Positions 11,992-24,765 of a stretch of 64,000 nucleotides of DNA are shown piece by piece. The position numbers and the translations under genes were made by a program. The DNA lies in assembly GCA_000708835.1 (NCBI GenBank), contig DF237367.1:1-64000 (forward strand). Reading direction: 5' to 3'. This DNA comes from Klebsormidium nitens. Taxonomy: Eukaryota; Plantae; Klebsormidiophyceae. A model generated the notes under the pieces. The model did not search any database and was not told the DNA's origin. It saw nothing but the letters and a program-made list of their open reading frames with translations. Within the stretch, counting starts at the first letter, position 1. Every line of letters begins with the position of its first letter.

Positions 11992-14900
11992 ATGTTGGAA
12001 GCAGGAGCCTCTCTGAGCAGCCTGCCAGGATGTGAGGAGCATGAGAGGTTCCTTGTGGAGCCGGCAAACCCTGGTTGTGGGCTACCCATTGTAAGTCCTG
12101 TGAGACTCAATCTCTTCAAGGTCTCCGATACGGCTTCACTTCTTATGTCGTTTGCGCTGCCTGAACCACATCTGTCTTGCACCTGATTTGATTCTCTCCA
12201 GCCGTCAGCTTTTGCCCCGCTTTTTCGAAGGGAGGGATTTCAAAGCCCAGAGCATCAGCCTTGTACACCTCTGCTCTTTACGTTTCTGCATGCAGTTCGG
12301 ACGCTTGATTGAAGGAAACGTAATCTGAGGTTAACCTTTTGACTTGTTGTCCACTTTAAAAACTCTTTCTCAACATCCCCTGAATACAAGTCGTTCCGGA
12401 CGACCGGTCCTCGGACCACAGGCCCAGCAGGCCACCGCAAGCGTTGCCTTACTACTCTCCACATCAACCTTGAGGGGGAGCCTTCAAACGCACTCTATGA
12501 TACCATTTTCTCTTTCTACACAGCCAGCTTGTAACCACCCGTTCTCCACTTTTTGCAGGAGGTTGGTGCTTCCCCAATCGTCCTCGGCCGCCAGCACTGC
12601 TGGACGTCCAAAGCGCGCGAGAAGAAATGCAGCAGGAGGCAGGCGGTGCTGTCCGTTAGCCGAGGCCGCCTCCACATCGAGTGCGCCGGGCAGAACCCAG
12701 TGCACATCACCAAAAGGACTGCAAGCGTCCTGGGACAAGAGGTGCGGGTTTCTGGGATGGTACTCGTTGGTTCCCGCGCTTTTATAGCGCCTTCCAGAGA
12801 TGGGTTGACTGGGCTCTGAACAACGAAGGAGGCAGACGGTGTCGCTTGACACAAATTACTTTCATGGCTGCATACCGCCGCACGTTTTGAAAGACATGTT
12901 TGAACATCAAGTCTCAATCAGGGACTCAAGTTTCCAGACGGTTGATGCACCAGCCCACGCGCTTCTCCGGCAGAGTCTCCTGAAACCTTTACTCTCTCTT
13001 GATACACCTGACTAGAAGGTAAAAATGAGCGGCAAACGTAGGAGAGTGTCAGTGCCCAAGTCAATGATTGGGAAGTCAAATATGCGGAGCCTTCAGCAAC
13101 TTGTGTAGCCCCCAACCAGGTTCCAACAGCTGGCCAGTGATTGACGACTTTGATTGCCACTGACACAACCTATATCTTCTGCAGGGGCAAAGAACTTTCC
13201 GCTTGAAGACTGGGCAATGCCAGGAGCTTTTACCCGGGGACTGCTTCGCCCTCGTCGCGGGGGGGTGCCTCCTCAGAGTCGTCCAGCAACGTCCAAACCG
13301 AGTTCCGGTCAGGGGTCCAAATGCACATCCGGACGCAGGACGCTCTGACGAGCCACTGCGCGAGAGGTGCCCACATGAGGAAATCGGACTGGGGTGTCCG
13401 AACGGGGTGCTTGATGGGGGGTGTCCGAATGGAGTATTCAACGGGGTGTGTCCGAACGGGATACTGGCAGGGGGGTGTCCGAACGGGGTAGTGGATACGG
13501 TGTATTCGGTTGGCGCGCGGGCGGGGGATGGTCGGGAGCTTTGCGACTCGAGGTCTCCGGCCACCCTCCGCTCTGAGGGGTCGAAGCGCGTGCTTGCAGC
13601 GGCCCGGGAAGCAGCGGGGTGCGTGGAGAGAGAGGCCCGCTGCTCTGGGGGGGTAAGCGGAAACGATGCGGAACCGGCGCCGGCCGGCAAGGAAACAGTT
13701 TTTGGGGGGGTGGGGGAGGTTGACGGAAGGGCGACGAAAGGGCTCGACGAGGAACGTTCAGCAGCTTCAGAGTCGCCCCCGGCCAGAAAGGTCGGTACGA
13801 GAGGTCGGGAGGTCGTACCAGGCACCCCGGAGGACTCAGAAGAGGCGGCTCTTGGGCGTGCGATTGGGCGGGGAAGCCAGCGGCGGAGTGGGACACAAGT
13901 TGCCCGGGCACTTCGACCGAGCATTGACCAGCAAGGACCGTGCGAGGCTTCCATCCCGGGGCACAATGAACCGAGCGGACGTCCGCCCGAAAACGCAATT
14001 CCGACGCAGGGAACGGCGAAGGAGTTTCTCGGGAAACGATTGGGCGCTGATGCGGGGCTGGCTGCAGTGAACAGTGCCCCTCAGCAGAATCTTCCGGGCG
14101 CTGACCAGGCTTTCGCTGAACAACCTGCCCCTCTAACTAGAAGCCCGCAAAGCCTGGAGGAGAACCGCTGCTCTGTCCCTGGTGCTCGGGAAGATTCGAC
14201 GGATTGCAAAGCGGAGGATGAGCCGCCAGTTTTGCCCGATAGTCGGCTTTCACCCCCCTGCGCGAAGAATCCCCAGGAGAGGTCGCTTCTCAAGGAAGTG
14301 GCAAAAAGCAGCCCGGTTGGCAAGGCGGCCGACCGGTGGGAGGAGCTGGCGAACTACGAGATCGAAGAGACGCCTCCCTCAATGTCTTCCCCGCCGGAAC
14401 CGGGTCCCGCTAAAGATTCCGCAAATGTTGCGGAAAGTTCGCCTTCTTCAGAAAGGTCTAGGGGTTCTCTGAGGAGGGAAAGGGATCCCGGAGGGCTGGC
14501 TGCAAGAGCGGACGGATTGCCGACGGCAAGTTTCGGGGTGGTGGATATGGAAGAAGAAAGGCGACCGCAAAAGGAAAGAAGGAAGCGATGGTCGCCCCCT
14601 CCTCCCCCGTCGTCGGATTACGAGGAAAGTGACCCGTCGCTGGAGGGCCGCGGACTTCGGACAGAACGGACGGAGAGGATCTACGGGGCGACGCAGGATG
14701 GGGCTTTCGGATCTGCGGGAATGGGGCAGGAGGGAGGAGGAAAGACGCATTTGCGAGAGGGTAGTGCAAGCAGGCATCGTCGAAATAACGCCCGGCGCTC
14801 CAAAAGGGAAGCCTCCTTTGGGTCCGCATCGGATTTGGACGGTTCGGAAGAAGGGTCCGGAGAGCGTCACGGTCCGAATGATCGGATGTGCCCAACTCCA

Positions 14901-17900
14901 ACTTGGAAGAAACGTGCCCCAGAACTGTCCTTTTCAGATTCGGAGTCTTCGGATGAAAGTTTGGGGGCGGGGCTTGCTTCTCCAGGGGGCAGAAGCACGG
15001 GTGAGGAGGAGCCCCCCGAATCGAAGGAGAGCCTAAAGCAGTCGAGTTCGCTAGAGAAAGCGGCGGGGCGGCGGTTGAGGAAAGTCGGAGGGGGGCAGCC
15101 CATTCCGGGGCACTGCACGCTTCCGCTCTTCTCAAGAGCCCAACCGGAAAGAGAACGGTCGGGGCACCGGAATAGCCCCTCGGAGCAAGACGGCGACGTC
15201 CTGGGGGGGTCTTTTGAGGAGTACACCGAGGGGGGGTCACCCGGGTGGGAACCCCGGGGCGGGTCGGTTGGTGAAGAGGACCTAAGGGAACGTCCGCATC
15301 GGCGTGACGGGCAGGAGGGCAGCGTCAGCTCGAGAGAAACCAATCCAGGGGGTTCGGATCGCCTGGGCAGGGAACCCCCCGGGGCCCGGCAGCTCTGTGA
15401 CCTGTGCGTTTCGTCGACGAACTACCGGGGCGAAGATAAGCTGCGGCTGAAGCGCATGATTACGGAGCTGGGTATGAAATACACGGACGATTTCGGGCGG
15501 GGTAATACGCACCTGGTGTGCTGGAGTTTCGAGGGGGGGAAGTTCGAGAAAGCGAAATACTGGGGGATCCCCCAGGTGAACCACCGGTGGGTGGAGGACT
15601 GCGCGTGGCGGCGGGAGGTGGTGCCGGTAGACGACTACTGCGACAAAGCGTGAGTGGACACGTGGTGCTCTACGGAAGCTTTAGACCGTCAACAGCTTGT
15701 GGGGAAAATGCTAGTCCCCAAAATGGCAGCGTTGAGATCTGATGCCGTGGCAAATGAGGAAAACAAGGAGAAAGCGTTTTTTCAGTGCCTCTTCTTCGCA
15801 GTCACGTTTGATGCCACATGCAAAGAGATACCGTCGCAAAATTGTCAGCTTCTACAAACTTGTAAGTGCGGGCTCAAACATTGAGCTTCAGGAAGGGAAA
15901 AGTTTGCTGACGTCAGACTAAAGTCTTACGAAACGACTTTCGATCAAAACAGCCTGGATCTCCCGCTTAAACTCAGAAAAGCGACAAGTACAAGAGATGC
16001 ATTAAAATCAACCACATTCTTTGCTCAAGTTCAGATTCTTGTTCTTTTGAGTTTGCTCGGCTTTTCGTCAGGTGATGTTTGGCTGTTCTTCTTTTGTGCT
16101 GGCCTTTTGCTACTTGCCGTTGCTTTTCGGCGAAGCATCAACCGCCCGACTTGCTTCTGGTGGCTTTCAGTCAATCGGAACCCTCTCCGTCCTTATGCAC
16201 GCGCCTCAAATTATGCATCTTTTGTCATGATTCCCTACAGCGGAGAGGATGTCGGGCCCCTCCCTGAGACGCAGCCCTCGCTCTCTCCCTCCCAGCCATA
16301 CATTTCATCACCCCCTCTCCCATCTCAACCGGGCCCTAATGCCCCAGCCAATGACGGCGTGCCAGCTGGCGAGCAAAGAGCCGCCGGCGAGCAGCCGGCT
16401 AGATTGTCGGACGATGACGGGGAACTGGACGGTTCAGAAACGGACGGTGACGGACGGGCCAGAGGGCTCGAGACGTCCGAAAGCGAAGGGGGAAGCGATC
16501 TTTTCAGGGGGGGTGCCGCTAGACCCGCCAGGCCCTGGGCGCCCCCCTCGCCGCCCCCCCTGGAAGAAAGTCTGCTGGATTTCGAGGAGTGGAAGCGGCG
16601 GAACGTGGCGAAGAGTGAGGGGCGGGGACCGCTCTTGGGGAGCGGAGTCCGGCGGAACGAAAGGGAAGCGAAGGGGAGTGATGAAGCTCGGAGGTTTGAT
16701 TTGTTGGTGGGAGATGAAGGAGAGTCGGACGAGGATGTGATTGAGGAGACTGGGAGACTTGGGGCCAGGAGAGAAAGAGGGAGTCGAAAGCGGGGGACTC
16801 CTAGACGCTCCGAACCCGGAGGGCGCGAGGAGGACGAGCGGGGGAAGCGGAAGAGGTTCCGGAAGAGCAGCCTCTCGGAACAGCTGTGCTCGAGCTCCGG
16901 TTCCGGAGACAGCGAGCGGAACGAGTACGATCCGGACCGGAACGGGGGCTTCGGAGCGGAAGGCCCGAGGCCGGGTGCGTTTAGCGTTGGGAGAATGGTG
17001 TATGAGGAGAGGAACCGCGATGGGGGGTTGGATCTAGAGGAAGAAGAGGACTGTGTTGAAGTGCCAGGGGGCGAAAGAAGGAGGCCCCTCAAACGGCTGA
17101 AAAAGCTGAAGCTCACGAAAGAAGAGAAGCGGAAAGAAGGAAATCTGCAAGGGGGCAGGGGAGGGGGGTCACGACCGGGGGAAAACAATCGAAGGCAGGG
17201 AGCAGCGGCGACGGGCTGGAAAGAGTTCGATCCGAAAGATTGGGTCGACTGGAACAGCGGCGAGAGGCCTCAGGAAGTGAGCGGGCAGAATTTGAGAGAG
17301 GCTGGATATGGCATTGTAGATGAACGGGGGGGGGGAAGTGGAGGTGGCGGGGTTGAACGACCGGAGCAGAGGAGCTCACATCTAGACTGGCCAGGTGGGG
17401 TGTTTGCTGCTGAAGGGAATTTTGAAGGTCTGGGTATGACGCAAGAAAACGGTCGAGCTTTCGGGGGGGCCAATTTGATACGGGGAGAGAACCCAGAGGC
17501 GGCACGGGGCCAGTTTGGAGTAACTGGCGTTGAAGCAGGGGGTAGAACCACGGAACAAAGACCGGTGTCTGGGGGACACGTGTCACACTCCCAGCAATGG
17601 GAAGGTGACGTCAACCTTGCCAGCCTCCCCTCCAGCGAGCACCCACTGCATCTACCGAGAGCGGCTGAGACTGCGCGGGAGCCGTCCGATCGTTCGGATC
17701 GACGGCCGCGAACGTCCGACGGACACGCTTCGCAGCCGGCTGTCAAACAGCGCACGCTCGACAACGTCTGGGCGAAAGCGGGGGCGAGCTTGCGGGACGA
17801 CCGACCCCCCCGGAAGAAGCGCCGCGGTGCGCCGGAGGGTTTCGCGGGCGCGGCCGCGTCGGCTCGGCACGCGCAGGCCACAGGCGGAGTGACACGTGTC

Positions 17901-19421
17901 AACCATGCGGATATGACACGTGGCAATTACTTGAAGACGCCACCTGGCAGCACGACGCCTGTCCCCGTTAGGACGCCGCAGCAGGAGCAGAACGGGATAG
18001 CGAGGAAGTTGGCGTTGTTGTCGCCGGGCGGGGAGGTCGCGTGCGCGATCTGCTGGGAGGCTCGCGCGAGCGCGGAGCAGGGGGTACTGCCGTGCGGGCA
18101 CGGGTTCTGCTACCACTGCGTCATGAAGTGGGCCAAGGTGGGGACTTTGACGGCTTTTCTTTTAATCCAAAAGTATCGCCTTTGGTATGTACTCCAGGGG
18201 AGACCATTCTTTTTCAGTCTGTGTCTCCGTCGGCTTTGCTTCAATTTCTTTTGCCCGCGTTCCATTCGAGTCTGCGTTTCGGCACTACTTGTTTCCTGGC
18301 TTGGCAGCAGGTTCCTGCGCCGCTGATTCTTGTGCCAACAAGATTGATCGACCCGTTAGCAAGATTTCACATGCCGAGACTTCGTCAGGACCATTCTGCA
18401 GGCAGCAACCGTTGACTTAAAAGCAGCTGCTTTGCGGTCGCCAATCTTCGGATAATCAAACCGTCCGAACCGCGCTGCCTCGCAGGAGGAAGTGAACGTG
18501 GACGTGAACGGGAAACCGACGCTGCTTTCCAAGTGGAAGGCGGAGGCGAAGTGTCCGCTGTGCAAAATGCCGTACGACTTCGTAACCAAGCGCCACGCGC
18601 CCGACAGCGAGGGCGTCACTTTGGAGGACGAAGTTGTGCAGCTCCCAGCGGGGACGTTCGCGGATCTAGGGGTGAGGAAATTCTATTCGGATATTAGCTT
18701 TGCATAAAAACGAGACACTCGAGTTGGAGTCAGGGTGTCAATTGGGTGTCCACTGATTGGAGAGACGCGGCCGGAAGAGGGTTTGAGTACAAGCGGGTCG
18801 TGTTAGCACACAAAGGGATCTACGAGGCAGTCGTCCAGGGACATTCATGATATCCAAAGATTAGCCTCCAGTTGTCTACTAAGTCGATTGCTTCGGATCT
18901 CCTAAGCCCTGGGACTCCTAAACCTCCAATAAACCTATTGGCCGTGATCTTCTGCCTTACGAAAATGCTGGTAATGGCAATCAAAGACACGCGGAACTGC
19001 GCAGCTCGCACCACAGAGACAGTAGGTGGACGGTCAAACCCTTTCAGTCGCATTCTTTGGTCCTAGGAAGAACGCACTGAAGCAAGCAAAGTACCCTTCC
19101 TTACCTTAAACGCCCCCCATTTGTTTCTTGCAGGGGTTCGCTCCTGTGAGCGCCCCACCTTCCGCAGGCATGTCCGAGCAGCGCCCGGTGCCCCGAGCAC
19201 CGGGCGCTTACGCCCGAGGAAACCGCGGCCGGGGCATCTCCAGGGGTCCAAGCGGACCAAGGGTCCGCACGGACGGAAACGGCACAGAGCGCGCGCGCGT
19301 GGGCGCTCCGGCCGCGGGTATGGACCCGTGGTTCGGGCGCTTCTTGGCGGGGCAACAGACGGGAGCCCAGCGGGGGGCTCAGAGTCTGCGGCGGACCTTG
19401 CCGCACGCAGGACCGGGGTAG
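11992..19421 (+). CDS. FHA (PNKP/aprataxin-type) + BRCT + C3HC4 RING protein, about 1705 aa, putative DNA-damage-response E3 ligase
   Basis: Exons 11992-12090, 12559-12741, 13185-15649, 16241-18137, 18486-18671 and 19134-19421 are phase-compatible (total 5118 nt). FHA: PIVLGRQ..KKCSRRQAVL..GQNPV..LLPGDCFAL. BRCT: VSSTNYRGEDKLRLKRMITELG..NTHLVCW..GKFEKAK..VNHRWVEDC. RING: CAIC..PCGHGFCYHC..|..CPLC. The first exon is less certain. Confidence 0.85.
13388..13497 (+). repeat. Coding tandem repeat, about 27 bp x 4 (GCPNGVLDG/GCPNGVFNG/VCPNGILAG/GCPNGVVD)
   Basis: Repeated GGTGTCCGAA(C/T)GG core directly after the FHA domain. Confidence 0.8.
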
Positions 19422-20328
19422 ACCGGAAAGTAGCGGCAATAGCGCTACGAGAGAGTCCCGGAACGCGGTAACAATTCGGTGCAACGTTGTCAGTAATTCA
19501 GGTCAACGATGTTGCCGATCGGAGTTTGGCAGTATGATGTCTCTTCTCTTGTCTCGATTCGGATCGGCGCATGACAAGCCCTTCTGCAAACCTCCGTGCG
19601 TCCGCAAGCCCAAGTCTGGCCACAAGCGTGACTAAACTCCTGAGCAAGCTCGTTAATTCAAGCGATCGTGAAGTACCTTATTCGTCTCAGACATTCCTTC
19701 GCCTTACTGATATGACGAGCTGTAATGCTTTGCATCCTGGTTTAACGAGTTTGAGTGAGCTGTTCCAATCGTGAATACAATTATTGCATGCAGTCCGACC
19801 GTCTGTGACCACTCTCAACACATGCATTGAGCCCATGGTCACCGTTGTCTGGTTTGAGCCTATACACATGACAGTCAGATGGCAGTAATGGGAGCTACCG
19901 CAAGGATACAATTAAGAAGCAAAGGGTGCCGCATAAGCCTGATCTGATCCTACTTAACCATTTAATCACTCCGCTATATACGCGCATTCATATGATCAAT
20001 CGGTGCGCCGGGATTCAATGATCTATGCCCTGAGCGCGCGCGGATACATGTGCAGATTTGTCTAATGCTTTGCATGATTGGATTACGGTACTCTGTACGG
20101 TACCGCTTAGGTATGCAAAGCGACGCACCGTGCGTCTATACAGCCTTCACGTACTGCCTGAGCGCGCTGCCTGGCACGTGACTGACTACTTACCGGGCCA
20201 CTGACTGCGTGGACTCAGCCGACTAAGCTGGCCGAACAGTCGCCTATTGAAGGCCGCGGCCGCGGCCGCGTCCAGGCGGGCCGCCCGCGGGGCCGCACCC
20301 CTTGTCTCACGCGCACCAGCCGCGGCCA

Positions 20329-21366
20329 TGAGGTTCGAAATGCCGCTGCGCGCAGTCGCGGCCGCCCGGCTCCCGCTATGGTGTGCCGAGGACAAGCCAA
20401 ATCAATGTAGGTATTCAGTATTGAGCGGACCAATTTCCGAGCTGAAAAGTTAGACTGAGCGTTTACTTGTTCAGAACGTTCGCGTATTGGTTAGCATCAG
20501 GACCATCACGATTAGTCGCCATGGTAACAGGCTTCCTACGCGAATGAAGGGCAACTCGCGTTGGCACCCCTTGGACTCGGCGCTCCTAGGAAGCTGGAGC
20601 CTTGCAGCCGAGTACAACCGCCTGGAGGCGACCTTAAATGACGAATATGAACAGATTGCTGCTGCCGCAAATATCGCAGCCAGAGACGTGCAAGTTGCCC
20701 AGGACAGGGGAGCTTCAGAGTCTCAAGTTGTAGTGCTTGTGGAGCGCCATCAGTCAACCCTAGCGGCGCTGGAGCTCAAGAGGGAAGAGTGCGCCGGAGC
20801 GCAAGCAGAGTGGCTTCGTCAGGAGAATAGGCAAGCGGAGTCTGACCAGCAGAGCTTGGAAAGCTGGGTTAAGCAAGGAAGGTGCTGCGAGCTTCCAGTA
20901 AGGGTATGCAAGTCTACCATTAGCTCCCTGTTAAACAAACGCATCCATCTCAACCTCTTCGTTAAACAAGCACAGGCTGAAGGTCTAATGGAAGGTTCAC
21001 AAGGATACTAACCTGTTCCAAATCCAAACGGTCTTCATAGGGCAAAGGGACTAGAAGTCACTGCGCTTTACTTCGGTCTTTTGCAGGATGCGTCTAAGCT
21101 GTCAACACCATGTCTTTAGCTGTTATGATGGTCCTCACACTTTTCACAAAGATAGTGCTCAAACAGCAATTGAATTTGCGCATTTCGATGGCCAACCTGC
21201 CAATGATAGCAAGCCTGGTACGTCAGTTATTGGTGCTATGATTAACAACCTACAGGACCTGCCCCGAAAGCATCCGTTGCGACGTCAAACAGTATCTGAG
21301 AACAGTTGCATGGCATGGACGGCTCTAATCGCTTACTTCATCTATGCATCTTCCGGGAGCTTTTAG
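20329..21366 (+). CDS. Hypothetical coiled-coil protein (tentative multi-exon model)
   Basis: ATG at about 20329 in a GC-rich island. Phase-compatible donor AG|GTATTC and acceptor at about 20530. Helical ORF AEYNRLEATLNDEYEQIAAAANIAARDVQ..LELKREE. Polypyrimidine acceptor at 21086. No recognisable family. Confidence 0.3.
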
Positions 21367-22135
21367 GCTATCGATGATGTAAGTTGAAGGCGGCGCAGAT
21401 TAGATTAATAAATAAGTTGTCATATCCAGTATGAACTGCCGGACAATCCCGGACAAGAGATTACGATATTGGCCCGCCTGCAGGGACACAAGAAAGTCGA
21501 TCTTCCAAAGACGGCAATGTACGACTGCCGTGAACTATGGTTTAGCGACCTGCAACAACCCTGCGTTAGTGACTTAGTGACGACTGTTGGATGGCGACCG
21601 CGGCCGCGCTCGCAATCACCGCGTCGGTAAAACCCTGAAGTTTGCGAGACACGGGAACTTTCGACGTAGCAGAGAAGGGGCCCAGCTGTTTCAGCCCGTC
21701 AGATCAGCTTATGCACGACATCATTTACGAAATTACTGAATTTTGTGCAAGAAGGCTGAACAAAACAAGCAGGGTCCCTCCTCCTGACTCTTTCACGTGC
21801 TGATCGGACCTCAGCAACTATGAAGCCACTAACAAAAGAAAGGCCGGTGTAGAGGACGTTGCTGCTGGTGCCAGGATATGCGCAGATCAGCTGCTTTCGT
21901 ATTCCGGTCGTGAAATCTTGCGAACAAAACTACGATGGCTCATTCGAAAGCCAGCATATATAACCAGTCTATCCAGAGGGTCTCCGAATCTCATGAGCTC
22001 AGGCGCCGAAGCACTTTGTGCTAGGCTTCAAAGCTGATCACAGGCGCGCAATTCAAGCTGAGACTCTCTGAAGATTGATAACAGATTTTTAGGCTCCATC
22101 TTTGGTTGACAGTCGAAGCTCTAGTCTTCCCCAAC

Positions 22136-24765
22136 ATGGTGGAAGAAGACTGTTCAAAATGTCCCGGGGCCGTCTCGACGTTAGGGGACGCCCTCGACGA
22201 AGAGGGCCACTACTTTGACTTCATCAAGTTCTACAAGTGAGCTCCCAGGCCAGCAGATCTTACGAACCAAGACTTTTGCCAAGTGGCTTTGTTCAAGCCT
22301 TGGAAGTCTTTTTCCCTTGTTCTTGAAAGGAAGTGAGAAAGGGTATCTGATAGCAAAGGATCCTGCATTTTATCTCTAGCTTTTTGCTGTTGCCACGCCC
22401 TGGTCAAACAAGGACGGCTGATGTAATTGTCCATGCAAAAGATGCACAGCGTTTGAGGTTGCAAGAGTCTTTCGAAAAGCCTATATTTCACCTGTTGATC
22501 TCATGATCTCATCCACATTTCCACGTTTGTCATGACCAATGTTTTACCCAAGAGCATGCATGCAAAACCTCATAAGCTGAAAAGTGTTCGTTCACGAGGG
22601 TTTGCTCTGGAAGCACAGAAGGCAGTGGCAATATTATTTTACACGCGATTCTTGGCATCTGTAGGAAGGTCGAGTTCTGCGACCGGAGCCTTCGCTTAGA
22701 GATCCTGAAGGAAACCAGAAAAGGTGAGCCGCTTTGCTTTTGCTGCTCCAGGAAACGAAATGCGAGCAGTATCCATCTGAAGAAGCACATTCTCGGCATT
22801 CAAAGTAATTCATTCGGAACAAAATGAACAGATCCTATTGAATTTCAAAAAAAGATACCTGGTTCTGAGGTTCACCGCTGAAGTGCAGTGAGTTTTGTTC
22901 TTCCCCTGAGGGGTCTTTATACGCAGCCTTACTGAATGAGCACTAGTGTAATACTCTTGCAAAACCCCTCTCGTTTAAGAGATTCTGATAACAGGCAGTT
23001 TAGTGAAGCTTAGTGATTCACTAAACTTGGTTTTTTGCGTTCATCCGATCAGGACCTACGTCCGCCAACGACGAGGAGCTCCCCATCAATTCGATCGTCG
23101 TCGCCGCGAAGAGCGTCGTGCTACAAAAGATGCTGTCCACAGGAATGAAAGAAGCAAACAAAAGCGCGCCTGTTGTCATCAAAGTCACGGCCGAAGGTAA
23201 AGCAAGGCTCCAAAGTGCTTCCGTTGGAATAAAATTCCTCCTGTTCCGTTTTTGTTGCCAGCTTTCTGCTTTCTGTCGGGACTTCAGGTTGGTCAGAAAC
23301 TTCGATCTTCCTTAGAAAGGTGACCATCAGACCTCGTTGAACTATCGTAAAGAAGACTCGAGAGAAACCGCTGTCTGTACCAAAACATAGTAAGCTGTGA
23401 ACTGTTGGTTCTTTCGACAAATTACTCTTTCAAGAGCAGATTGCTGCGAGCACTTGTTACCTTCTGCCAACCTTCTGCAAAGGTGAATCACATTCTCTGC
23501 TTACCTTGTGCTGTTCGCAAGAACCAGACTAGAGCTTTCAAGAAGTGCGACGCGAACGCTCCCTGAGATCTTGCAGCCTTTTTCAACGTTGAAGATCCTG
23601 AAGGCACACAAGCAGAAAGAAATAGTTCATCAACCAACATCAGCAACTTCCTCTCTCCTCGCAGAAAAGACGGCATTCAAAGAGATGCTTCACTTCCTCT
23701 ACGCGGGCAGCCTTTCCCCGCGCCTTCTCGAGGCGACCATTGATGTGCGCGAGCTCGTGGCGCTGCTCGTGCTGGGCGACAAGTTCGAAGTCCCATCCCT
23801 TATGGGCACTGTGGTCAGATGTATAAGCACCCGCCGGAAGTGTATTCCTGACAGCACAGTGCTCGCGACCGAGATCCCAGACACGCGCCTTCAACTTCGG
23901 CAAGTCAAGAAACTGGCGGACGACGCGCGCGCGCATGTCGTCGAAACGTACGCTGACGTCAGCGGCACGTGGGAGTCTGAAGCGTTCATGAGCCTGAGCC
24001 TGGAGGTGATTGAGATCCTCATGCAAGCTGAGGAGCTCGAGGCGGAGAATGAGGAGGAGATTGTCGAGAAACTTCTAGGCTGGATTCGGGGAAAGTATGA
24101 CGCCCTGAGTGCGCGGCGACGGGTGGTCAGGGATTTGACGCCCCACATTCGGTTCTTCTCCCTTACCGGAGAGGCCCTGGAAAGGTTCCTGTCAACACCA
24201 GAGATGCAATCGAAAGGTAACTCAAAGTCTGATCAAAGAGGCCGTCAGGTTCCAATCTTATTCGGACAGCAGAAAAGCGGAGCTCAAAGCCCCGGTGTGT
24301 CAGAGGAAGGGAGTCCGCGACGTTCACCTGGAGATTGTCAGCGACTATGTTCTTGACGAGAAACGAACATCGGTAAAATCGCGGTCGACTCCCTGGTTTG
24401 GCAAAGCTTGGTTCGTCCAGGTACAGAAACCAACCGGTGATACACCCCCGGCGGATCGGGTGCGCGTCTTTCTGTACTGCGAAAAGGCTACCGTTGAAAC
24501 AGGAACTTTCCCTTTCACTCCTGTAGACCGACTTAGTCTCAGCATCTATGTGAAGATTTGGCCAGAGGGATTCTGGCACTTTTTGACTGAGTTTTCCAGC
24601 CCCCGTGAATTCAGGCTTGAAGGAGGGTGTCGCAATTGGGGCTTTTCTGACGCATTTAGCATGTCCTGGGAGGATGCTAGGAAGTCGGAAAAGTTGGTGG
24701 GCAGCAACGGTGCCATTAGCATCAAAGTTGTCGCCCGTCGTTTTCGAGATGCAAAGAAGTCTTGA
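22136..24765 (+). CDS. BTB-BACK-MATH-like (LRB/POB1-like) paralog B, short-insert type; apparent +1 frameshift at about 24213-24217
   Basis: Exons 22136-22236, 22665-22723, 23053-23196 and 23665-24765. The last exon is 1101 nt, 1 nt off frame. Removing one base restores SKVTQSLIKEAVRFQSYSD..CQRKGVRDVHLEI, collinear with paralog C (SKPTQALINAALRFRAYSD..QRKGVREVHLEI). Confidence 0.85.

Noticed and set aside
13076-17926. Long minus-strand ORFs opposite the FHA-BRCT-RING gene
   Set aside because: Same antisense-shadow effect; all domain motifs are on the plus strand.
24217-24270. AAG|GTAACT as a small intron that would explain the paralog B frameshift
   Set aside because: Nearby AGs give 30-55 nt introns of the wrong phase, and the skipped sequence aligns residue by residue with paralog C.
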